Of a stretch of 64,000 bases of DNA, positions 1 to 10,452 are shown in pieces. The notes under the pieces are model-generated. The model was not told where the DNA came from, did not search any database, and was given only the letters and a program-made list of their open reading frames with translations. The position numbers and the translations under genes were made by a program. Each line of letters begins with the position of its first letter. The first letter of the stretch is position 1. The stretch is taken from NCBI RefSeq assembly GCF_031769215.1, contig NW_026782563.1, positions 496,001 through 560,000 of the forward strand, given 5' to 3'. The DNA comes from Ylistrum balloti. Lineage: Eukaryota.

Positions 1-1539
1 ATGAGAAAGAGAATCATATATTAGCATTTGCACGTGACGTAACTATCGACTTGGATTTAAGTACAACATGCTTGGGGCAAATATTCAGTTGAATAACCAT
101 AAAGTAACTTAGTACAGATATCACATTTATACTTGACTTTAAATATCTTCATAAGTTGTAACGGAAATTTTTTTATGTTATTTTCGCGACATTATGTTTG
201 TGCAGTGAAAACAATCAGTTTTATTTTTATATCCATGGCATGTTTTTATATGAACACAAACATAGGGTTTGTTGTCATTGTCTTCACTGTGATCTGTCTT
301 ACCGTTCTCTGGACTAGTAGTATCAACTGTTTCGTTTGCTCTCTACTACTCCCACAACTTGTGTTCTCAACACTTCGTCTGTAGGTAGGGGTTAAACGAA
401 TTGCACACTGTTTATATTTAAATGTATATTAGCTGAAGAACGGCAGCTTCTTTGTCATAAAACATCAAGTTATCACACGTTAAGTTTTGAATTGTCCTTT
501 CTTTCGTTTTGATACTTTTTATCTTGTCCACTTTTTATTTAATATTTTCAGAATTCAGAAGTTGTCATTTCCACTAATTTCATTGACCTTGATCGTAGTT
601 CACTTTTTAAAGAAAGAAAGGCGATGATACGATATTTCAACGAGCAGTTCACTGTACCCATCACTAGAATAATAGTATATACATCACAGTATCTTATTGA
701 AATGGCCTTTCCTTAACTTTCTGTTTCCTTCCTTCCACATTGGTGCCATACAATGATAAAATGACTTTATTAAGATGATTTTGAAAAGAATATCTTGTTT
801 CAGATATAATTTTGATATTTAGAGTTCACCATATTGACATACTCGAACGATCATTTAACTTACGAGGAGACATATGGTGTATATATTTATTTCATTTTAT
901 TTTTAAATTTAAGTTGTTGAAAATGACCTGTTGATATTCAAGTGGGCTAGCCCTACCACAGACTTTATTTAATATCGGGTGTCTTTTTAAAATGGCTATC
1001 ATGTTACCACACGCATTGTGTTGTTCAAATAAGACCAATGAAACTAACATTGACACAAAGGAGGTAATCTATTACAGTAAGTGTGAGTGACAGTTCAGTT
1101 CCTCAAATGCCACATTCGGTACTCATTCCTTCACATCCGCCATACGTCTGTCGCCAGACCACACTCAATCTCACGAGGTTTGCCTTAAATACTACCCGAT
1201 TCGGATAGTGTTGCTCCCGATTGTGTGTACATACGGGTAACCTGTTCTTACCAGGTTTGTTCACAGGTTGTTGATGGTGCTTACAATATATTTGTAGTAG
1301 TCATAGTTCAAAAAGCATGACGATTGTCAGGAAACGCGGGGTTTTTTTCGAGTATTGAGTTAAGAGTTATTAAAGCGATATTAAAGTACATTTTTATTAA
1401 AATCAAACTGCAATAGTAATAACTTTAACGAAATATCTTAACATAATTGTTAAAATTGAATTTTACAATGTATTAGTAAGAAAAACATTTGAGCGGAAGT
1501 TTCGTTATTATTCATGGTCTTTCTGGTTCTCACAATAGC

Positions 1540-1663
1540 CAAGGATCTGTTAAAGTTCCTGGCTAAGGTAAGCTTCCGTTAGATTTGTCACGTAAGGTAG
1601 GTTCATCTACTGTCCTCACGTAATGTATGATTCTGTTAGGGTTTCATATTAGGTACGATTCTG
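1540..1663. repeat. Degenerate copies of the 29-bp minisatellite, left of the LINE
   Basis: e.g. gtatgattctgttagggtttcatattaggtacgattctg aligns to the array consensus GTACGGTTCTGTTACGGTTCCCACGTTAG. Confidence 0.65.
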
Positions 1664-3365
1664 TCTTCATTAATGATTTACTAGATTGTGTTGAAAAATG
1701 TGGAATGGGTGCTATTATTGCCGATTTAAAAATTAATATACCAACACAGGCGGATGATATTTGTCTAGTCAGTACACAACGTAAAAGTATACAACACATG
1801 TTAAGCGTGTGTAAAGATTATAGTAAAAAGTGGCGCTTTGTGTTTTCTGCAGTAAAAAGTAATATTATGTGTTTTTCTAGAAGAAAGCAGAAAGGGTCAA
1901 GTATACAACTGTATCTGTATGAGCATCCTCTTCCAGTAGTAGAAAATATAACGCATGTTGGTGTCATGTTAAACAATAATTTCAACAGTGCAGAACGTAC
2001 AATACGTGCATGCAACAGATTAAAGAGTGGTGTGATGAGCCTCATTAAGTGTGGTGCTCATCCTTGTGCATTAAACCCCATAACAGTAAGTAAAATAATT
2101 AAAACAAGAATTTATCCAACAGCCCTATATGGCTGTGAATTATGGTGTCTTGCAAAAGCAGAAGTTTTAATGTTAGAAAGAACTCAACGTTTTATTCTCA
2201 AATCGATTCAGGGGTTCCATATGAGGACTCGAACGGATATGTGTAGCAGCTTGCTTGTTTGGCTTAGCTTAGAATCATATATAGATATTAGGAAGCTAAC
2301 ATTTTTTGGAAGATTGTGTAATTTAGGGAAAGAGAGTGTGTCTTGTACTGTGTGTTTTACTCGCCTTTTTATGGCGGATGTAAGCACTAATATGCATGAA
2401 AGTAATTTGAATGATCGCGGATTCATGAATGATGTTGTTCGAGTTTTGAAAAAAATATAATCTGTATAAAATGGTGAAAGAATGCTTAGCACGCGGATCA
2501 TTCCCTTCAAAAAGTAAATGGAAGAACAAAGTAAAATGTACAGTTCATTCATACGAAGAAAACTCGTGGAAAGAAAGAATGGATGATGACCGCGAGTTCT
2601 ATAGATTTAAATTAATTCATAATAAACTAGCTCTCCACATATTGTGGAAGCTATTAATTAAGTTTCCTCAGAATAAGGAATCCATATTAGTATTATGAAA
2701 CTTATTGTGTCCATCAGAAATGTATACACAGTTGAATTATGTCACAGATGTGGCCAAACGAATGAAGATGTGTATACTCATATAGTCTTACAGTGCAATT
2801 TTACTGAAGAAATTCGAGATCAATTATGGTGTCAAATGATCAGTATCAGTGATCATGTGTTTAGCGTTTATTTACATGATCACTCTGATTTTGACCTATC
2901 CATATCTTGATTGGCGGAGAAGTAATGTATGAATTGAATTTAAAAGAAATATCACAGTTTTACCTTAATTCAGTCCATTATGTTTCAAAAATGCTTAAAG
3001 CATATTATGGCTAAAATGTATATGATACAAATTACATCAAAAGAATTATCATTAAGTACAATATATATATATATATATTTGAGTAATGTAATTGTGATGC
3101 ATCTTATATGCTGCTTTGGTATTTTGTAACTATTTAATCATTATTATACTTATGTTATAATGATCACTGTATTGCAAAAATGATGTACCTCAATGTTCCG
3201 ATGTGATTTTGTAACGACTTAATTACTATAATTATCCTAATGTTATAATATCGTGGTAATACTTTTGATTTGCATGCCAATTCAACGTTCTCTTTCACAA
3301 AATTAATGTTGTTCTTTTTGTGTAATCTTCTTAAAGGAGGAAATAAAGAGAATAATAATAATAAT
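1664..3365 (+). mobile_element. 5'-truncated non-LTR retrotransposon (LINE): C-terminal RT, CCHC-like motif, 3' UTR and (AAT)5 tail; frameshifted
   Basis: VFINDLL...PTQADDICLV (xADD catalytic motif)...KWRFVFSAVKSNIMCF...LYGCELW in ORF 1627-2460. It continues through frameshifts in ORFs 2471-2698 and 2695-2910 (CHRCGQTNEDVYTHIVLQC). AATAAA at 3342-3347 and (AAT)5 at 3351-3365. Clade not resolved. Confidence 0.9.
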
Positions 3366-4567
3366 GGTTCTGCTAAGTTTCTCATAATGGGTACGGTTCT
3401 GTTACGGTTCCCACGTTAGGTACGATTCTGTTACGGTTTCTACGTTATGTACGGTTCTGTTATGGTTCCCACGTTAGTTACGGTTCTGTTACGGTTCCCA
3501 CGTTAGTTACGGTTCTGTTATGGTTTCAACGTTAGTTACGGTTCTGTTACGGTTTCTACGTTATGTACGGTTCTGTTACGGTTCTCACGTTAGTTACGGT
3601 TCTGTTACGGTTTCTACGTTATGTACGGTTCTGTTATGGTTCCCACGTTATGTACGTTCTGTTACGGTTCCCAGGTTAGGTACGGTTCTGTTACGGTTCC
3701 CACGTTATGTACGGTTCTGTTACGGTTTCTACGTTAGTTACGGTTCTGTTACGGTTTCTACGTTATGTACGGTTCTGTTATGGTTCCCACGTTATGTACG
3801 TTCTGTTACGGTTCCCAGGTTAGGTACGGTTCTGTTACGGTTCCCACGTTATGTACGGTTCTGTTACGGTTTCTACGTTAGTTACGGTTCTGTTACGGTT
3901 TCTACGTTATGTACGGTTCTGTTACGGTTCCCACGTTAGTTACGATTCTGTTATGGTTTCCACGTTAGTTACGGTTCTGTTACGGTTCCCACGTTATGTA
4001 CGGTTCTGTTACGGTTTCTACGTTAGTTACGGTTCTGTTACGGTTTCTACGTTATTTACGGTTCTGTTATGGTTCCCACGTTATGTACGTTCTGTTACGG
4101 TTCCCAGGTTATGTACGGTTCTGTTACGGTTCCCACATTAGTTACGGTTCTGTTACGGTTCCCACATTAGTTACGGTTCTGTTACGGTTCCCACTTTAGT
4201 TACGGTTCTGTTACGGTTCCCACGTTAGTTACGGTTCTGTTACGGTTCCCACGTTAGGTACGGTTCTGTTACGGTTCCCACGTTAGGTACAGTTCTGTTA
4301 CGGTTCCTACATTAGGTACAGTTCTGTTACGGTTCCCACGTTAGGTACGGTTCAGCTATAGGTCTCACGTTAAGTAAGGCTCTGCTAAGGTTCTCAAGTA
4401 AAGTACGGTTCAGCTAGGGTTATCACGTTAGGTATGGTCCTGTAGGTTTCTTACATTAGGTACCGTTTAGCTAGGTAACTCAATTCAGGTAAAGTTCTGT
4501 TAGGTTTCTCATATTAGGTAGGGTTTTACTACATTTCCTACATTAGGTATGGTCCCGTAGGTTTCTT
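3366..4567. repeat. 29-bp minisatellite, variant A (GTACGGTTCTGTTACGGTTCCCACGTTAG), ~35 good copies plus transitional copies
   Basis: Direct tandem repetition. The ORF-track translations repeat every 29 aa (3 units). A 144-bp five-unit higher-order block recurs (48-aa repeat in ORF 3520-3939). Confidence 0.95.
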
Positions 4568-5820
4568 ACATTACTCACTTCAGGTAAGGTTCTACTAGGG
4601 TTCTCACATCGGGTAAGATTCTACTAGGTTTCTCACATCAGGTAAGGTTCTACTAGGTTACTCACTTCAGGTAAGGTTCTACAAGGTTTCTCACATCAGG
4701 TAAGGTTCTACTAGGTTTCTCACATCAGGTAAGGTTCTACTAGGTTTCTCACATCAGGTAACGTTCTACTAGGTTTCTCACATCAGGTAACGTTCTACTA
4801 GGGTTCTCACATCGGGTAAGGTTCTACTAGGTTTCTCACATCAGGTAACGTTCTACTAGGTTTCTCACATCAGGTAACGTTCTACTAGGGTTCTCACATC
4901 GGGTAAGGTTCTACTAGGTTTCTCACATCAGATAAGGTTCTACAAGGTTTCTCACATCAGGTAAGGTTCTACAAGGGTTCTCACATCAGGTAAGGTTCTA
5001 CTAGGTTTCTCACATCAGGTAACGTTCTACTAGGTTTCTCACATCAGGTAACGTTCTACTAGGGTTCTCACATCGGGTAAGGTTCTACTAGGTTTCTCAC
5101 ATCAGGTAAGGTTCTACTAGGTTTCTCACATCAGGTAAGGTTCTACTAGGCTTCTCACATCAGGTAAGGTTCTACAAGGTTTCTCACATCAGGTAAGGTT
5201 CTACAAGGGTTCTCACATCAGGTAAGGTTCTACTAGGTTTCTCACATCAGGTATGGTTCTAATAGGTTTCGCACATCAGGTAAGGTTCTACTAGGTTTCT
5301 CACATCAGGTAAGGTTCTACTAGGTTTCTCACATCAGGTAACGTTCTACTAGGTTTCTCACATCAGGTAACGTTCTACTAGGGTTCTCACATCGGGTAAG
5401 GTTCTACTAGGTTTCTCACATCAGGTAAGGTTCTACTAGGCTTCTCACATCGGGTAAGGTTCTACTAGGTTTCTCACATCAGGTATGGTTCTACTAGGTT
5501 TCGCACATCAGATAAGGTTCTACAAGGTTTCTCACATCAGGTAAGGTTCTACAAGGCTTCTCACATCAGGTAAGGTTCTACAAGGTTCCTCACATGATGT
5601 ATGATTCTACTAGGTTCCTCACATTAGGTAGTGTTCAGCTAGGTTTCTAACATCAAGTATGGTTTTGCTAGTTTTGGCACATTAGGTATGGTTCTGTTGG
5701 TGCTCTCACATTAGGAACGGTTCTGCCAAGGTTCTCACATCAGGTATGGTTCTGTTAGGACTCTCACATTAGGAACGGTTCTGCCAAGGTTCTCACATCA
5801 GGTATGGGTCTGCTAAGGTT
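4568..5820. repeat. 29-bp minisatellite, variant B (CAGGTAAGGTTCTACTAGGTTTCTCACAT), ~35 good copies, degenerate after ~5600
   Basis: Direct tandem repetition; the unit aligns without gaps to variant A. Confidence 0.95.
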
Positions 5821-7699
5821 GTGTCCTTACCTTAGATAGGGTGTTGCTAGAGATCGTACAGTGTGATACATCATCACCATTTTTGTTAGACACTTTACGC
5901 TCTCGTATATCACAATTGATTCAGAACAAATTTTAAGTTATGATAAACAAGAATAACGACAGGGCTGCATTACTCCTTACAAGTTTACAATGAAATAGTT
6001 TGTTCATTTCCTAACTCAAAGGAAGGGATAATGTATGACATTGTCAATGATTTGAGACCATTAATTTAGCTTGAATTCATATTGAAAAATGATCATATGC
6101 TGGAAGTAAAATCTTACGTTATTACAGGAATCAAACACGCATGCTACAATATACTTCCAATATATCAAACTTCGAAAAAAACCTGAACGGCTAGCCATTG
6201 TTTATAGAACTAGCATATCTACTGAGTGTTTGGATAACAAGAAAACTAAAATATCCGGTGAGGCTTCCTATCAGATTTATTGTAATTGACAGATTATAAT
6301 GCAACACTTCCCATTTATGACGTCATTCAAGGATAGAGTATGATACATGTAGAAATTGGATAAAGATGCTTCGCCGTAGCACCCTTAGGTTTAAGTAATA
6401 GGAAAAGCGTTTCATGTATGAGATGGACTTTATAATAACTGATTTAAAGTTTTAATTTAAAGACGTGTTGGTACTGAACCAACAATTGAAATATCATATC
6501 TACATTTTTTAAATTGTGGCATAAAAAAGTTTTATACTGCATAAATGATGGTTTCGTATCCATATTGCCAATCCAGAGTCAGAATTTGATATATGTCGTT
6601 ATTTTCGTACGTCAAAAGCTGACCTAGTGTCAATGAGTTACTGAGTGTTCAGAACAACTTGTATCGAATCTTTCGTAAATTGAGCAATAATGATTTAATT
6701 CTACTATTTTTTGCACTTTGGGGGTGTAATTATCTATAATTAGATTCAAAACAGTAAAGTTATTTTAATGAAAAAATCGATACTTATGAATGTAGGGCAT
6801 GGGGTTTGTACAATACAGTCAAATCTATACTCTTTTTCAACTCATTATCTGTATGTATCAGTGTCTCTCAATTTAAACCGAAACTAAATTAATGTATTAG
6901 TGAATATTAGGTAATGTAGCACTCTAATTAGAAATGTATTTTGATGATAATTGTTTGTAAATGATATCCTGATAAGTACGTAACCTTCCTGTGCTAGGTA
7001 CAGGACACGTCACTACTGTATCCTTATGTTACTCCGGCCTTTACCCGTAACAATGTGTAACTACAAATCTATATTACATTTGTCCGGAATGGCCGCTGTG
7101 TCCTCCAGGCATCCTATTAAGGGTATCGACAGTGTAAGAGAGACGGTTTCAAACGTAGACCGCCATTTTAATTTGTAAGTTTTATCGTAGTATCAAAGAC
7201 AAACGACAGCAAAGTGATGTATTGTTGTGTGTCGGCATTCCATATCACTTGGCTCCAAAAGCAAAGCACCATGGGTAATTATCCACTTAAATGCTTTATT
7301 TGTGATTATTTGTTTATTCATATTCTTGGTATTTTTCCTGGCCGTTGTTACGAGCAGACGACAGCTAGGTGCCGTAAAACTTTCTCTTCTTTCAGAAATG
7401 ATATTTGATACTCAAGGTTTGGGCTGAAATGGATGTTAAAAAAAAGAAACAAGAGAATTTTAATAACACTTACCTTGGCAAATCGTCAAGTGTGTCATCT
7501 GATACCTGATAACTGTGACGAAAAAAAAAACGCTAACATATATCTCTGTCTTAGTCAGTCGCGGGGCAGTCATGTTACACATTGTAGCAATCCGTTTAGA
7601 TTGAGATGTCTTTCTCGCAATTTCCGACGTTGTACTAGAGTCCATGCACGGTCATCTTTTTATTGTCGCCAATAACACTTGCCATTTTTATTTCAGAAT

Positions 7700-10452
7700 T
7701 TTTTTTTACCGAAGTGAATCAAATAAAGAAATATATGACTCGTTTTTGAAGTTTTTTAACTTTATTTTTGTGTTTGAGTTTGTGAAATAATTTCACTACA
7801 TATGATTCACTCAAAGCAAAAAATGCCAATTAAGCTGAGCAATCTTTTGTTAGAGCTCTACAATCATGTTGAGGGCGTGACTGATGATCACGACTGATAA
7901 TGCTGGTTGTCTCCCCTGGAATCAATTCCTGTTGTTGTGCGACCGCTGTATGGTGACATGGACGATTTGAATGATCAAACGCTATTGCTAATGGAGATTA
8001 TCGTTGACAGATGAAACACCTTTTGGATTCAGGTTCATTGCTCTCGGTGGAAGTAATACCTTCTAATAAACCTGTCTACGGCAGGTCAAATAGTTTCAAT
8101 GGAATGCATCAAGGCTGAGTACGGAATGACATTTTTTAGCGTACGTTTGATAGCAAAACCTTGGAACAACGTTAAACATGATGGTAAAGTCGATGAGGAC
8201 GGTGATGATGACGACGATATAGACATTAGAAATAGGGAGACAAAGATATAAATAGTTCCCCCGCTTTCCTCAATTCTGTCTATTCAGCTCAGCATTCAAT
8301 AGCACACATAAATTATTATTATTAATTTTTTCGTTTAAGACCAGTTTGACGTTGACACGCAATTCGTAACTTTGTCACTGTCTTATTCAAACTCCAATTT
8401 AATGAAATAAAACTGCAATTTTATCTCTCACAATGACATAGACTATGTCAATTTGCAGAGTTTTAACAAGTATTCGGCTACTTTTACTATTCAATGTCAT
8501 GTCAAGGAATTATATCTTTAAGAAAAAAATCCTCTCTCTCCGTTTTTTATATCTTGTCTGTTGTGCGTCGATCAGTCGTCAGTAATTCTATCTGGTACTA
8601 CCTGCAATTACTACAATCTAAGGTGAAGCCACCTTTGCTGACGATCTATACAGTAGTACACTTGTATTTAAATTTTGATGGGGTTTTTTAAGTGAGGGGT
8701 ACTTGATATTTTGATTTTTGTAATCTCTTTTCGATCAAAATTTAACTCCAGCACGTAAGAGAAACATAGACAGGACTTAAAATCTCACCTATTTTGTGAA
8801 CTTCTTTGTGAGTTAATTACAGGTGTGTAGATTACAGGTAACTCAAATTATGCTAATTATCTTTTGACGTAATAATGACAAAACATGGACACGGTAATTT
8901 GTGAAAGATTTTTTTCGTCGTGTCATAAACAGCGTCATATATTATCGAAGTGATGAGATAAGTCTCTTATTCTAGACCGTAAAACATCTAAACAATTTTA
9001 AACCGATTATCTGTGATACATTTTTAAAAGAAAAAATAATTTCCATTCCTAATTAGCGTAAAAGTAAGGAGCGGTTCAAAAACAGTATTCGTCATTATAA
9101 ACACTTCATGGACAAAAACGTTGGATTACAGTTGTCAAATCGTGTAGTGGGATTTACTAATGTAAAATACATGCTGTCAGATAACACATTTTGAGATTTA
9201 ATGATCAGGTGATATTTAAAAGCTCCACCAATTAGTCTTTTACATAAATTATTTCTTTTCACAGTGAATGAGATAAATACTTACCAAAAAATGAAATTGA
9301 ATTCAATTAAATCATTCAGAGAAGGATGAGAAAAAATCTTACTTCGAACAGCAAAACTTTGGTGGCCATTTCACTTAATAAAATTCACAACATTAGCGGG
9401 TAAAAAACTTTGCATAAATAACAAAAAAAAATGTTTTAAATTCGATTAATTGGTAAATATTAGGACCCAAGCGCCATATACAGTAGATTACGAGAAGTTA
9501 ATTATAACCTCATTTTAATTCCGAGACGTTAACGGACGATACTACCACGCGCTAACATTCCGAATACATGTCATAAGTGCATTAATTTCTGTATAATCAA
9601 AGGTATTTGTAATTCAATAAGTATATTACCAGTCAATAAAATTTCAATTGATAACAACATATTCATTTCATATAGGATTAAATTCGTTTTTGTAATACAA
9701 TCTACATCATAAGTCAACGAAACTTCAACGAGAATTAAAGCAGAAAATTATGAAGTTTCTTTGCTAAAGAAAGAGGAAATCTCAATGGGTTCATTCTTTC
9801 CAGGTACAGAACAAAGCGTTGACAAGTCCAGGACCTCTAAGATATTCCCTGTGACGTGTTAACTACATGTATGCATCTTTTTACTTTACAAATTTTAATG
9901 TAATTTTAATTAGTAAAAAGAAATATCCCAAATAATATTCTAAATAGGTATACTAGTGATTCTGCAATATATAACAGAATGTATTACATAAATAGTGAGT
10001 CCTATCAGACTTGTTATTTTACAGGCACTTTTTACAATGACTGCTATTTCACATTGTAACAATATCATATGTTGTTCTTTAACATAAATGTCATAACTTT
10101 ATTTTAGCTGGAAGACTCTGGGAAAATTGACTGTAACCTCGTCCGCCTGTTCTATTCGCTTTACGTTCTTGTGGAAAGCAATAGAGCATCAAAAGGTATT
10201 GCTTTTAAGAAATTAAAATCTGCATTAAAAATAATACTCCGCATATCAATATAAAACTTGATATATATCACATTTCTACTCGAATTACAACATTTCTGTT
10301 ATTTTCAAAACGAAACTTTTCCCCTGATCATACAGAAAGACGACAGTTTCACTTCTATTCCATTTAAATAAAACTTAAAGTACGACAGATAAGTAATATT
10401 CCACCATTATGAGACTTATTGTAAAAAGACATGAAAACAAGGACCTGAACAT
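7700..10452 (-). pseudogene. Putative decayed LRR/TIR (Toll-like receptor-like) gene
   Basis: Hand translation gives, in order: signal-peptide-like MFRSLFSCLFTISLIMV (ATG 10452); NFLKAIPFD; a 106-codon frame 9846-9529 with only 2 internal stops containing ILEVLDLS and LLSIEILLTGNILIEL; hydrophobic IVVIITVLIDFTIMF (~8218-8174); TIR-like LDAFH*NY...RRQVY*KVLLP and ESNEPESKRCFICQR*SPLAIA (~8120-7980). No database search was run. Confidence 0.4.

Noticed and set aside
3366-5820. CRISPR array, or genes from ORFs 3520-4199
   Set aside because: Pure tandem repeat without spacers; the ORFs are translations of the 29-bp unit.
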